From Selaginella moellendorffii (lineage: Eukaryota; Plantae; Lycopodiophyta): a DNA stretch of 64,000 bases. A program made the translations under genes and the position numbers. Under the pieces are notes generated by a model, which did no database searches, was not told where the DNA came from, and saw nothing but the letters and a program-made list of their open reading frames with translations. The stretch covers positions 372,001 through 436,000 of the forward strand of contig NW_003314295.1 of NCBI RefSeq assembly GCF_000143415.4. The letters run 5' to 3'. Positions 1 through 13,153 of this stretch are shown one piece after another (position 1 is the stretch's first letter; the number at the start of each line of letters is the position of its first letter).

Positions 1-84
1 TCCATTCCTCTCACTTCCATACCTCTTCGTCCCTCTATTTCTACCTCTGCTTCCATTACTTTTGTTCCCCCACTCTTTCCTTCT

Positions 85-3012
85 GTGTTTCCATCTTGTT
101 CTGCTTTTCCCTTTTCCGATCCCTCTGACGATCTTTATGTTGCAGCAGTTGACCGGCTTATGAAGGAGTATTTTGATCTCTTTGAATTTGACCTATCGTC
201 TGGGGCCAAGATTGCCACACATCATCCGATTCCAACCGGGGATGCTCGTCCAATCAAGGTTCCTATTCGTCGTCGGTCACCTAAGGAGATCAAGATTTTA
301 CGAGCCAACGTCAAGGAAATGCTGGAGAAGGGTGTTATTCGGAAGTCGCGGAGTCCTTGGGCATGTAAACCTCATCTTGTGACGAAGCCTAATGGAAGTA
401 TTCGTTTCTGCATCGACTATCGTCCGTTAAACGAAGTGACGATCCCAGATATGTATCCTCTTCCTCACACTGCTGATCTTTTAGATCGTCTGGGGCGAAG
501 TCGTTGGTTCACCAAGCTAGATCTTGCTTTTGGGTATTGGCAAGTACCGATGGCCGAAGAAGATATTCCTAAGACTGCTTTTTGTACACCATTTGGTTTG
601 TACGAGTTCTTGATGATGCCGTTTGGTTTGAACAATGCTCCAGCAACTTTCCAGCGGATGATGGACGAGGTTCTTTGCAATATGCCGGAAGTGACTGCTG
701 ACTTCATTGATGATGTCTTGATCCACTCGGAGGGGACATGGGAGGAGCACGTTCGTGATGTTTGTAAAGTGTTGGATCGGCTACGTGACGTTGGTTTAAA
801 GCTGAAGCGGTCGAAGTGCGTGTTTGGGTCCAAGGACACAACTTATCTTGGGTACCGTATTTCTCGTGAGGGTTTGCAAGTTGATCCTGACAAACTTGTG
901 GCTGTTCTAAAGTTCTCTACTCCAAAGTGTGTGAATGATATGCAGCGCTTCTTGGGTAAGGTGCAGTATCTCGGTTGTTTTGTGGATCATCTTTCCGATC
1001 GCACTACACCATTGCGAGCGTTGCTGAAGTCATCAACGTCATCTTTCATCTGGTCTCCGGATTGTGAGCGGGCATTCGTGGATCTCAAGGAGCTATTGAC
1101 GACTCCTCCGGTTTTGGCATATCCTGACTACACTCGACCTTTTATTTTGCGCGTAGATGCTTCTGACATTGGTCTTGGAGGTGTATTGATGCAAGAGAGC
1201 TTGAGTGTGCCTGGTCAGCGCCACCCCATTGCATACATAAGCCGTACATTACAACCAGCGGAGATGAACTACTCCACGACGGAGAAGGAGTGTTTAGCAG
1301 CAGTCTAGGGTTTCGAGAAACTTCATGCATATCTACATGGTTCTCGGACGTTATTTGAAGGTGACCATGCTGTTGTTACTTCATTATTGAAGCAGAAGAA
1401 CCTGGTTGGTCGTACGGCTCGATGGGCTTTGAAACTTCAGATATATGATTTCGATGTTGTTCATCGCCTAGGGAGTTCTATGGCTGATGCTAATGCCCTT
1501 TCTCGAGCTCCTCTTCCTTCTCCACTCACTTCTCATGTTTCTGATGAACCTGTTGTTCCAGCATCTGTGGATTTTCTAGATGAGGATTCTGTGCTGTCGG
1601 CGGTTGCTGTCCTTGACGTTCAGTGTCCACAAGGCACAAAGCAAGATCTACCTTCTCTTGATGAGGTTCGTGAGGCTCAAAAGATTGAGCCGTGGATTCG
1701 AAGGCTTCGAAATGCGTTTGAGAATCCTGCATCACTTGCTGATGACTTGCCTTTCCGGCATTTACATTCTCAATATCGCCTTGAAGATGGCCTTCTTTAT
1801 TTTGTGGGGACGGATCCTGATGATCATTTACAGCTTGTGGTGCCTTCGGTGTTTATTCCGCGGTTTCTCCATGCCTACCATGATTCTCCTGTTCTAGGTA
1901 GGCATATGGGACACCGTCGTGTTACCGAGAAGCTGCGCAGGTCTTTCTATTGGCCGGAGATGCGACGTGATATTATCCGGTATGTGCGTAGTTGCGTTTG
2001 GTGCCAAGCTCGTAATAATCCCCCTCGTGCTGCGGAAGGACGGTTGGAGTCAATTGCGGTTTCCCGTCTGTTTGAGTTAGTGGCGTTTGATCTTATGGGA
2101 CCTTTTCCACGGTCGACTGCTGGCAATGAGTATGTTATTATTGCTTCTGACTACTTGACTCGTTGGGTGGAAGTTGGTGCTCTTGCTAGTGCCTCTGCAA
2201 CTGCTGTTGGATACTTCCTCCTCAATCGAGTGGTGTTCTAGCATTCTTGTCCAGAGCGGATTCTTTCAGATAATGGTCCCGCATTTATAGCTGAGGCATT
2301 TCATGTTTTGACGTCTCGGTTGGGGATATGCCACACTTTCACGAGTGCTTATCATCCACAATCAGATGGTCTGGTGGAACAGCTCGTTCGGACATTCAAA
2401 GGGATGATTGCGAAGTATGTGAACTTTTAGCATTTGGATTGGGATGGTTATTTGCCGTCTCTTCGGTATGCATATGTTACAGGGGTGCAGAGTTCTGTTG
2501 GTGTTTCACCATATAAACTCCTATATGGTCATGATCCAATATTACCAACGGAGCTGGGTTTACCTTCGCGATTGCCACGAGCTGCCGATGCTAGATCATG
2601 GGATTAGTATTTGACGAGCATTCTTCCACTTGTCCGAGCAGAGTCTGCCGAACACTTAGGCCGCGTACAAGTGGGACAACAACGGCGCTATAACTCCCAT
2701 CATCGTCCACCTGCGGAGTACAAAGTGGATGATTTGGTGTTAGTCCGTTTTCCCCATCTTACGGTACGTGGTTTATCTAAGGGGCTTTTTGCGCAATGGA
2801 AAGGACCGTATCGAGTGTTGCGGCAAGTTGGACCACAAGTTTATGAGGTTCGGCATGACGTTCAGCAAGCCGATCCTCCAGAGATTGTGCATGTGCAGCG
2901 GCTGAAACGCTTCGTACAAAGGGATCAGGAGGAGTTAATGCCACCTACAGATCCACTGATACCTCCTCCTGACATTCCTCCGGATCCCGGCCCATCTTCA
3001 AGAGAACCTTGA
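85..3012 (+). pseudogene. pol: gypsy pol: RT (FIDD), RNase H (DAS), integrase (HHCC, DDE, GPY/F); premature stops at 1306 and 2239 and further disruptions
   Basis: RFCIDYRPLN, MPFGLNNAPATFQR, FIDDVLI, VDASDIGLGGVL, H..GRHMG...CVWCQ, WKGPYRV..VHVQRLKRF; no chromodomain after integrase. Confidence 0.93.
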
Positions 3013-3044
3013 TGGTCTTCCATTATCCCGAGAAGAGGGGATGA

Positions 3045-3208
3045 TGTGAGGGCCAAGTGTACGGTTACGATGCCGTATACTAATATTAGCGTAGTGGGAT
3101 TTTGGTTGGTTTCAATCTGGACCACTCGCTTCTGTATATAAGCTAGGGTTTTTGGGCTAATTGATATGCACATTTCTGTATTCCCTTTCCATATTCCAGG
3201 CACTCACA
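3045..3208 (+). repeat. 3' LTR (164 bp)
   Basis: TGTGAG/CTCACA inverted ends; same sequence at 9660, 12978, 41170, 45569, 47320. Confidence 0.93.
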
Positions 3209-3989
3209 GTGGGAAATACTTTTGCCTAAATTGTGGACTAGAATTTCTTGGATTATGGTCATGAAGTTTACATAAATGCATATATATTAGTCATTGGTGT
3301 TTTCTGGATCATCCATTTAGGTCTACTAATAAAAGGTAAGATTTTAATTATTATTTCTAAAACATAAGTTAATCTGTAATTTTAATTTATTTATTTAATG
3401 GTCATAATTGTATTTGACCAATACTCCTGGGCAACATATTATTATTTGGTTAAACAAAAAGATTAAATATCATTACTTAATGGCATGAAATGGTTATCCA
3501 TATTTTATCAATATTGCTAAATATGAAAGAGAGATTAGGGAATTCTGGACCATTAGTTAGGAATCTGGAAGAGAGGACAAATATGGAAAACAAGCCTGAA
3601 CACATTTTACACTACAAGTATGGCAAAGTCTATACCGATGAATTCAACCTCTAAAAAAGGTAAGGAAAAAACGTTTGTTTTGTTTTTTTGACAAAAAACA
3701 ATGCGACTACTCCCTCTTCTCAACTTTGTGATTGAGGAGAATGTTCTTCTTTTCTTCTTTTCCTTGTTTCCCATCGAATGCTTGTGTTCTTGCTCCTGCT
3801 TCACCACTGCCCTTGCAAGTGAAAAACAACCAAACTACTGAAGTAACTGCTTTGTGCATCACGTTTTCTTCGAATCTAAGTACTATTTTTACACTCTCTC
3901 TGGTTCTACTTGCGAGAACAAACATGAATTTAGAAACGATTGGAAGTGTGCTTATAAACGTTTAAGAACAGATTAAGGAAATGGAGACT

Positions 3990-4217
3990 TTGGAGTAACA
4001 GGATTTTGCCATGCGATTCAGCTGCAGGGTGATGGCAAACTCCAGTGTTGCAAATCTCACACTTGCTGCCTTTGGCACTTCTGGCAGTAGTCCCGGCACA
4101 CCTGGTCGCTTGGAGGTGCACAGGAAGTGCCCCTCCACACATATCCCCGCCATAGCCAGGCTCTCCTTGTTGACCACTCCAGGGCGACGACCAAGTCCAT
4201 GAGGTGAACTTGGCCAT
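3990..4217 (-). pseudogene. defensin-like Cys-rich peptide pseudogene, family 2
   Basis: Frame-joined reading KESLAMAGICVEGHFLCT / SDQVCRDYCQKC / KGSKCEICNTGVCHH. Confidence 0.55.
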
Positions 4218-4619
4218 TTTGGAGAATATATATTCCATTTCCCACTAAGGCTGTGGGTGGTAATGTTTTTCACAGGGTTAGTAGCCTCACAAACTGTCGT
4301 TGATTTCTTCGAACATGGCAGAAAGAAGAGGAGCTTAAGTTCCTTCGGTCGGAGCTGGATAGCTTTGGGAAGGAAGATTTACTTCCTCTTCTAGAAGGGA
4401 ACGAGCACGCAGTCATGGACGACGAAGTTTTCAAAATGAGGCATGCACGAAACTTCACCTGGAACATTACACTACTGTCGATCTTGCCACGGAACTTGCA
4501 AATCCCCTCTCGAACTTGTTTTCCCGGTGCCACTTAAGGAGCTCTTGGAACAAATCCGGGAATGGCCCCGTTGCGTTCCTATCTCCGGAATATCCTCCTT
4601 CAGGCATATGCCCAGAGGG

Positions 4620-5870
4620 GGTCTTCGACAGGATGCCGTCCAAGGACGTGGTCGCGTGGACGGCTATGGTGAATGCCTACGCCGAGAACGGCGTTGTGGA
4701 CCTCGTGCAATGTATGTTCGAGAATAGGCCCGTGAGGAACGTGGTGTCGTGGAACTCCATGCGTTTTGCATATACCCAGAGCGGGTATTGCAATCAAGAC
4801 ATGGAGCTCCTTCAAATCATGCCTGCTCACAACGAGTGCACGTGGAATGTTATGATTCCTTGCTACGCTCTCAGTGGAAACACGGGCAAGGCTATTGTTG
4901 TATTCCAGAGCGTAGGCGCAAGAATGCTAGCTGCCTAGAACGCTCTAATCTCGGCATTTGCCCAGGCTGGGGATTTCTCCATGGTGAAAGATCCCTTTGA
5001 CGCAATGCCTGCTCCCAATATTGTGTCGTGGAAGAAGCTCGATTTAAGCTCAATCACCTGGAGCGTGATGCTTCAAGCATTTGCAGGGTTTGGGCATGTA
5101 CAAGATGGCGAGAGTTTGTTTCAGATCATGCGAGAAACCTCACTCGGCGATCCCAGTTGCTTGTCAGCCTGGACCAACATGATTGTTTTATAAGATTGAC
5201 AGAGCTCGAGCAGTGTTTGATGCTTTGGCGTGCCTGGACAAGGTCTCCTGGAACACCATGCTCGCTCACCTGACGTCCACCACTGCAAATATTTCTTTGA
5301 GCAAATGCCCGGCCACAACCTGGTGTCTTACAACACTGTCTTGTCCTCGGTGGTCAGCTGCAGATTATCCGAGAAAGCAGTGAAAATCTTCGTCGAAATG
5401 CCAGAGATAACATACAGTGTGATGATGCAAGCTTATGCACAGGAAGGCCAGCTTGCGAGTGCCAGGAGACAATGCCGGATCGCAACTCAGTGGCTCTCAT
5501 CACCGTGATCTTGGCACTCGCACAGCCCAATCCCCAAGAACAGCCTTTGAGCGGTTTGAGGCCTGGAGCTCGATCATCCCGGCCTATGTGCAGAACGGAC
5601 GCGTGACTGGATCGCTTTCGAGAGATGATCTTGCTGTCTTTCAAGCCAGACGAGACCATCTTCACGACAAATCTAGCAGCGGCAGCGAGCCAGCTCGAGC
5701 AGTGTTGCCGAGATTTTTTGTCCATGATCGCAGACTTTGGGATCTCTCCCAGGATCGAGCACGCAATGGGGCGACCTGGTCAGTTGGAGCAATCCATGCC
5801 ATTTGTTCCACAGCCGGGCTTGTGGATGATTCTTCTGGGCTCGAAATGCAAAGGTTGTGGAAATGTCGGC
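4620..5870 (+). pseudogene. PLS-class (S-motif rich) PPR protein pseudogene with E-domain remnant
   Basis: VFDRMPSKDVVAWTAMVNAYAENG, NVVSWNSM, NLVSYNTVL, MIADFGISPRIEH..MPFVP..W..LLG across several frames with stops. Confidence 0.9.
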
Positions 5871-6769
5871 TGGAAAATCGGGATAATGCCAGGTTGACAA
5901 CCAACAATCCTAGTCATCCCGGAGATGCGGGTGTTGTGCCATGTAAGCTGAAAACCTATCCCACCAGCCAAGGCGCAGTAGAGGAACACTGGTATAAAAG
6001 AAATGGAGGAGGAGGTATGGTTAATCCGGGAGAGCCCGAAAGGGCGCTTGCATCCCTCGGGTTGCTTAGTAAATGGGGTCGCTGACCCTTGACCACTTGG
6101 CCCCCCTCGTCGGTGACCCAGTAGTGCTAAGTCGGTATGGTCAACTCCACCGTGACCTACCGGATAGCGCTTGGTACCCAGGGCGCCCAAGGAGGCCCGA
6201 TATCTTTTGCAAACATTTCTTTGATCTTCCTTTCTGGAATTTCTTGGTGCGCCAGGCCTTGAAGTAAATTTTTTCACTCATTTGGGAGGAAACGAATGTT
6301 TGCGGCACCAGGCGGTTCTCAATTTCACAAGACCATCAAAGCTCAACCTAATGCGTTATGTCGATGATGCTTCTCTCTCTTTCTTTTTCCCGAACAAGCA
6401 AGGATGGCACTTTCAAGTGCCTGAGAAAGGATAGAGAATTGTGCTCCAAACACGTTACACTTCTTTGCAAGTCGGGTAGGTGTTACTGATTGTGAAGAAA
6501 GGTCTCCAAGCTAAAGAGGCTTGAGGAGGGATGCCTTCTACAAGAACAATAGCATCGATGAGGCTAACAAAGAGCTTTCCACAGATAGAATAAATAATGA
6601 CTCCAGAAGCTTATGGATAAATAAACCACCATAAACCATTTCCTTTCGAAATATAAAGGTGAAAAAAAAAGTATCCCTTCCCAAATCCAAAAGCTATCAG
6701 CTCAGACCCAAGAAATTCTTCTTTCTTGCGAAGTGCTCGATCTCATCAACTTCTCCCCGATTTTGCGGA

Positions 6770-7621
6770 ATGCAAGGCAAATTTTCGTGGGAGCTTTATC
6801 CAGCGAATTGATTACCAGGTCCCATGAGCGAAAGCTGGTGGAAGAAACCCTTGCTGGACGACTTGGACTGGTGGGGAGAGAATCAGATTGGACGCATGAT
6901 GCTCGATGGATGGCGAGGAGATTAAGTCCTGGAAGCAGAGAGTTGACGCCAGCTCAGTGAAAGCTGGGAAAAATCCAGGGACAGAAGCGAGTGAAATTCC
7001 GCTTCTAATCGCTTCGAAACTCTGGTTGAATCCACGAATTTCTGGCTCCTCGCTCCTGAGCTCTTCAAATCGGTCGAGAGCATAAAACAGATTTAAAAAT
7101 ATTTCAGTAAACCGGTTAAGTTGCTGAAAACCTTTATCTTAAAGATGGTGAAACAATATTTGGCGAAAAACGTAGTATATTCGTTTGTTTCGTATAGGGT
7201 TTGTGATTGTAAAAGGGAGACGGGAAGAACTTCTCACGAGCAGAGCAGATCGGAGATGGTGGCGGTGAACGTTGAGCGGTATGTTGAGCTCAAGCGCATG
7301 ATCGACGACTTGGCGATCGAGGCTGGTAACAATAGGAGCATCCGGGTGAAACAATACGATAGCTTCGACTTCGCGGACTATGATCACTGGGCCGAGACCA
7401 ACAACAAGAGGGCGCTCAGGCCGGACTGCCATTTCATGGAGGACGAGGTGGCGTTGGATCCTCCCCATGCCGACCGGATCACGCGGATGGTGGCCGTGGC
7501 GCTCCAGCAAGAGGAGGAAGACAACAGGAGGCAACTGGCTAAGGAGGTGAACCACTTCACAAGGCAACTGGCGCTTCAGCAACAACAAGCCGGGCCACCG
7601 AGCAAGAGAGCTCGCCACTGA
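6770..7621 (+). pseudogene. 3' fragment of CR-like NTPase gene; last-exon ORF MVAV...SKRARH (7256-7621) intact
   Basis: Inverted homolog of 20873-21540; probable intron ~7106-7197. Confidence 0.7.
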
Positions 7622-8329
7622 TCGTCGAATCATCCCCTGGAGTGATGATCGAAAACAATCTTGTATCACAAGCTCCAACAAACGTGTGAACAAAGCAAGC
7701 TCCTGCCAAGGAGCACAAACTTTTGTTGTTTGTACTTCATATACCTGGCAATGAAGAGATCTTTCCAGTTCTATGAGCCGTAGTGGCGTTCCATCTCGCG
7801 GAATATGGCCGTGAGTCATTTGGGTCTTCCTTTAGCTAATAAGCCCTAGCTAGAGCTACATTATGAGCGAAGGAAACGTTGCTGCGATGTTAGCTGCCAG
7901 GGTATGCCGTATTATTGGTGCAAAGAAAATGTGTACAAGTGCTCCAGTGGTGCCTGATCAAGAACATCAATACTCAAACTCTATACTGATGAAAGGAAAA
8001 AACGTTTGTTTTGTTTTTTTGATAAAATCAATGCGCCTACTCCCTCTTCTCAACTTTGTGATTGAGGAGAATGGCTTTTCAATGGTTCTTCTTTTCTTCT
8101 TTTCCTTGTTTCTCATCGAATGCTTGTGTTCATGCTCCCGCTTCACCACTGCCCTTGCAAGTGAAAAACAACCAAAGTACTGAAGGAACTGTTGTGTGCA
8201 TCATGTTTTCTTCGAATCAAAGTACTATTCTTACGCTCTCTCTGGTTCTACTTGCGAGAACAAACATGAATTTAGAGACGAGTCGTTTAAAATGAGTTCT
8301 TTGGAAGTACTTTTAATAACAGATTAAGA

Positions 8330-8578
8330 AAATGGAGACTTTGGAGTAACAGGATTTTACCATGCGATTCAGCTGCAGGGTTTACTCGAGGTGATGGCAA
8401 ACTCCAGTGTTGCAATCTCACACTTGCTGCCTTTGGCACTTCTGGCAGTTGTCCCGGCACACCTGGTCGCTTGGAGGTGCACAGGAAGTGCCCCTCCACA
8501 CATATCCCCGCCATAGCCAAGCTCTCCTTGTTGACCACTCCAGGGTGACGACCAAGTCCATGAGGTGAGCTTGGCCAT
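8330..8578 (-). pseudogene. defensin-like pseudogene, family 2
   Basis: Same frameshifted Cys pattern as 3990-4217. Confidence 0.5.
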
Positions 8579-8775
8579 TTTGGAGAATATATATTCTATT
8601 TCCCACTAAGGCTGTGGGTGGTAATGTTTTTCACAGGGTTAGTAGCCTCATAAACTGTCGTTGATTTCTTCGAACATGGCATGGTTTAGATGCTCTAAGA
8701 CGAAATGGAAACATCGCTTCTTTTCGTCCAAGATGAGAAACGAAGAACAAACAACATGGTACGTACCTGAGGAAA

Positions 8776-8981
8776 ATGTCTGAGAAAAGAATGATAAAGA
8801 ACAAGAAGACGAGGTTGGCAGCCGAGCATCCGAGGAGCTCGGGGTGACTGTAAAGATGCACAGGAGCAAGCTCGAGTGCATTGTGCAGGGCAGCTTCAAT
8901 GGATCGCTCAAGGCTAAAGCATCCTAAGAAGAGCTGAGGAAGATACTCTGCCTGGCATTTCCTCACTATGATGCCTTCTAG
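8776..8981 (+). pseudogene. diverged paralog of the B3 gene C-terminal tail
   Basis: KKTR..SEELGVTVKMH.SKL..IVQGSF.GSLKAK..EELRKIL.LAFPHYDAF aligns to B3 C-terminus. Confidence 0.7.
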
Positions 8982-9659
8982 TGGAAAACTGATAAGAACT
9001 GATGTCTTGAGATGTATTTTAACTTAGAAATGTATTTTCCTTTTACACAACAACTATTGGAGCAATCGATTTCACTGAATGAAGAAATCTTGGTTTTGGT
9101 GGTGGCAACTGTGATGGCGGGTCCTTGTCCTCACTAGACTCTTTGGGACAACTTTTGGACGTGCTAGCCTCCACTGCATTGATCACAAACAAGCTCCCCA
9201 TTGCACTACTTGTCGATGAATCCTAGGTTGTATACAAACTGAAAAGGGTTGAGACAAAAGGGAGGCATATATAGCTTTTAGTGCGAATATTCTTTATTTT
9301 ATTCTGGTCTAAGCTGTTTTGCATTGAAAAAAATTATAATAATAAAAACATAAAGAGAAATAAAAATATATTATGATTTAATATTTGAGCTTTTATCCTC
9401 ATGTAAATGCCACATCCACTTGCATGGTTTCCTAGCTTGCTATATCACTCCAAAGGTTCTAGGCATTATAAAATGATTAGAAAACCAATGCTAAAGTAAA
9501 GATAAATCTTTTGATTAGGCATATCTTGAAAGTAAATGAATTGTTTGGCCATGAGGTATAAAATCCTAAACTTCCCTTCTAACATTATAGGTATTAATAT
9601 AAACTTACTTCAAGGATTATTAGTATTAAAATATTAGTTAGGATTTTAATAATTGACAA

Positions 9660-9834
9660 TGTGAGTGCTTGGAATATGGAAAGGGAATACAAAAAATATG
9701 CATATCAATTAGCCCAAAAACCCTAGCTTATATAAATAAGCGAGTGGTCAAGATTGAAACCAATCTGACAGCTACCAAAATCCCACTATGCTAATATTAG
9801 TATATAGCACGTACCTGTACACTTAGCTCTGACA
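9660..9834 (-). repeat. 3' LTR of copy 2
   Basis: TG...CA, 175 bp. Confidence 0.9.
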
Positions 9835-12800
9835 TCATCCCCTCCTCTCGGAATAATGGAAGACTATCAGGGTTCTCTTGTAGACGGGCCGAGATCTGGA
9901 GGAACGACAGGAGGAGGCATCGGCAGATCTGTAGGTGATATTAATTGCTCCTGATCCCTTTGTAAGAAGTGTTTCAACCGCTGCACATGCACAATCTCTG
10001 GAGGATTAACCTACTAGACGTCATGCTAAACTTCATAAACTTGTGGTCTAACTTGTCGCAATACACAATATGGTCCTTTCCATTGCGCAAGGAGCCCCTT
10101 AGATAAACCACGTACTATAAGATGGGGAAAATGGACTAATACCAAATCATCCACTTTGTACTCCATAGGTGGATGATGATGGGAGTTGTAACACTGTTGT
10201 TGTCCCACTTGTATGCGGTCTAAGTGTTCGGCAGACTCTACTTAGACAAGTGGAAGAATGCTTATCAAATACTGATCCCACGACTTAGCATCGGCAGCTC
10301 GTGGCAATCGTGAAGGTAAACACAGCTCCTTTGGTAATATTGGATCATAACCATAGAGGAGTTTATATGGTGAAGCACCAACAGAGCTCTGCACCCTATG
10401 ATATATGTATACCAAAGAGACGGCAAATAACCATCCCAATCCGAATGCAGTGCGATCAGAAAGATGATCCACAAAATGACTGAAATATTGCACCTTGCCC
10501 AAGAAGCGCTACACATCATTCACACACTTCGGAGTAGAGAACTTTAGAATAGCCACAAGTTTGTCAAGATCAACTTGCAAACCCTCACGAGAAATACGGT
10601 ACCCAAGATAAGTTGTGTCCTTGTACCCAAACACGCACTTCAACCGCTTCAACTTTAAACCAACGTTGCATAGCCGATCCAACACTTTATAAACATCACA
10701 AATGTGCTTCTCCCACGTCCCCTCCGAGTGGATCAAGACATCATCAATGAAGTCAACAGTCACCTCTGGCATATCGCAAAGAACCTCGTCCATCATCCGT
10801 TGGAAAGTTGCTGGAGCATTGTTCAAACTAAACAGCATCACTAAGAACTCGTACAAACTAAATGGTGTATGAAAACTAGTCTTAGGAATATCTTTTTCGG
10901 CCATCGGTACTTGCCAGTACCCAGAAGCAAAATCTAACTTGGTGAACCAACGACTTCGCCTCAGACAATCCAAAAGATCAACAGTGTGGGAAAAGGGTAC
11001 ACATCTAAAATCGTCACTTTGTTTAATGGACGATAATCGATGCAAAAACGAATACTCCCATCAGGCTTTGTCACAAGATAAAGTTCACATGCCCAAAGAC
11101 TCCGCAACTTTTGAATAACACTCTTCTCCAACATCTCCTTGACGCTTGCACGTAAAATCTTGATCTCCTTGGGTGACCAACGACAAATAGGAACCTTGAT
11201 TGGACGAGCATCCTCAGTTAGAATCGGATGATGTGTGGCAATCTTCGCCCCAAACGATAGGTGAAATTCAAAGAGATCAGAATACTCCTTCATAAGCCAG
11301 TCAACCACTGCAACACAAAGACTGTCGGAGGGATCGGAAAAGGGAAGAGCAGAACAAAACATAAACATAGGAGGAAATAGTGGGGGAAAAAAAGTAATGG
11401 AAGTAGAGGTAAAAGTAGAGGGACAAAGAGCTACGGAAGTGAGAGGAATGGATAAAACATAAGGAAGTATGAAACAAGGGGGAGAAGCCTCAAAGTCACA
11501 CTTGGCATGATTGCGCTACAACCAATTCATACCAAGAATGAGGTCAAAAGCTTGACTCGGCACCACCCGTAATGACTGCAACTCAAGCTCGAGGTCACCC
11601 ACACGCACAACCAGGTCCGCCTCATCCCGTACACATGCATGTGTACGGCCGTTGCCATAAAGAATGAAAATTAGTTCCACCGCACGATGCAAGTGTAGAT
11701 GGCAACATATAGCAACAGGTCAAGCAATAGAAGATAAACTCGAACCTGTATCAACTAACACGGAGAGAATAATAGGAGACCTTTTGTTATAAAAAAGAGC
11801 TTGGAAAGTAAACACTGGATGAACCAGTGTCGAGTGAACCCCTTGATGATACTCCCGAAAGAAAGATGGAGGGGTCACTGACTTACTTGCGCAAGGTCCC
11901 TCCATTACTCACGCGACTCCTCGTTTCCCGGATGCATCTCAGTGTCCAAACCTTCCACTACAGCAGCACTAACAGGACGTTGCTGACTCCAAGGTCTCCA
12001 CCCAGAAAATGGAGGTCGCCAATCCGGAAAACGCCGACAGCGCTAATAAGTATGACCAACTTCATCACACGCCCAGCAGCGAATATCACGGCCACGACCA
12101 TGTCCTCGCCCTTGTCTTTGGACTCGAGCAACAACAGCATCAACCTCCATTGGAACAGGACCGTCACCCATAGGAAGGGGAGCTGAAGGATGGGTAGCAA
12201 GAAGTGGAAGAGGCAATGTCTCATAACATTATGCCAAGCGAAGAGCATCGTCAAAGGTAGCGGGAGCAAGTGCATGCACAAGTCCGACAAGATTTTGACG
12301 AAGTGCTGGCCATAACATTCCTAGCTTGATCTGCTCCAACATATTTGGCTCCGCACGAAGCAAAAGACTTCAGAAACAAATGCTAAATTGCATCACCGAC
12401 TCAGATGGCCCTTGGCGAAGATGATACAGTTGTTGGAAAGCATAATCACAGTCGTCGGCATGTTCGAAGGCGCATTTGAAGGCATCCGGGAGAACACTCC
12501 AATCCCCACGAGTGGCTATGCTCAGACCATTGTACTATTGCAATGCCATTCCTTGGAGACACGTGGGAAACTCACGCAAACGTCAAGCATCATCCCAAGA
12601 ATGATATGTGGCAATCACCATGAAGTGATCGAACTAATGGTACATATCATCCCCAGGATTCCCACGAAAGAACTCTGGCCGAACACGAGGATTAGCACCA
12701 AGAGCAAGAGGAGTTATACCACATGCCATGAATGCCGCCATCAATTGAGTTTGGTTGGTCAATTGCAAGCGCATAGCATCAAGCAATTGTACCAACTGCT

Positions 12801-12977
12801 ACTCCAAAGTCAAAGGAGGAGATTGCTAATCTGTTATGAAGACAGACAAAGAAAGAGCAAAAAAAGAGAAACGACAAAAAGCGAGAAGGAAATGGGAGAT
12901 CTAGATAATGCAAAAAGCTAGATCTAAACCAAAATCCCAAATTCAAGCATTTCTTAAGGACAATCAAAGGTGCCCAA

Positions 12978-13153
12978 TGTGAGTGCTTGAAATATGGAAA
13001 GGGAATATAGAAAATGTGCATATCAATTAGCCCAAAAACCCTGGCTTATATTCAAGAGCAAGTGGTCTAGATTGAAACTAATCTGACGGTTACCAAAATC
13101 CCACTATACTAATATTAGTATATAACATCATAGCCGTACACTTGGCCCTCACA
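12978..13153 (-). repeat. 5' LTR of copy 2
   Basis: TGTGAG...CTCACA, 176 bp; PBS mostly deleted. Confidence 0.9.

Larger units (their letters stand above)
1..3208 (+). mobile_element. Ty3/gypsy LTR retrotransposon copy 1 (5' part outside window), non-chromovirus
   Basis: RT-RNaseH-integrase order, polypurine tract AGAAGAGGGGATGA (3031-3044), then 3' LTR TGTGAG...CTCACA. Confidence 0.95.
9660..13153 (-). mobile_element. Ty3/gypsy copy 2, both LTRs present, internal RNaseH-integrase deletion (~10449)
   Basis: LTRs 9660-9834 and 12978-13153, PPT 9835-9851, gag, protease (VDTGS), RT remnants; flanks ACAA/ATAG (decayed ACAG TSD). Confidence 0.95.

Noticed and set aside
2925-3012. Chromodomain at integrase C-terminus
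   Set aside because: Only a short Pro-rich tail precedes the PPT
3610-3624. CACTACAAG as CACTA terminus
   Set aside because: Only ~14 nt before ordinary module sequence resumes; no partner TIR or TSD
5880-6277. Possible extra gene fragment after the PPR pseudogene
   Set aside because: Coding-like composition but no recognisable motif or consistent frame
7139-7819. Long antisense ORFs over the CR last exon (also 23915-24631, 33488-34033, 52372-52926)
   Set aside because: Shadow frames of GC-rich coding sequence with variable ends among copies
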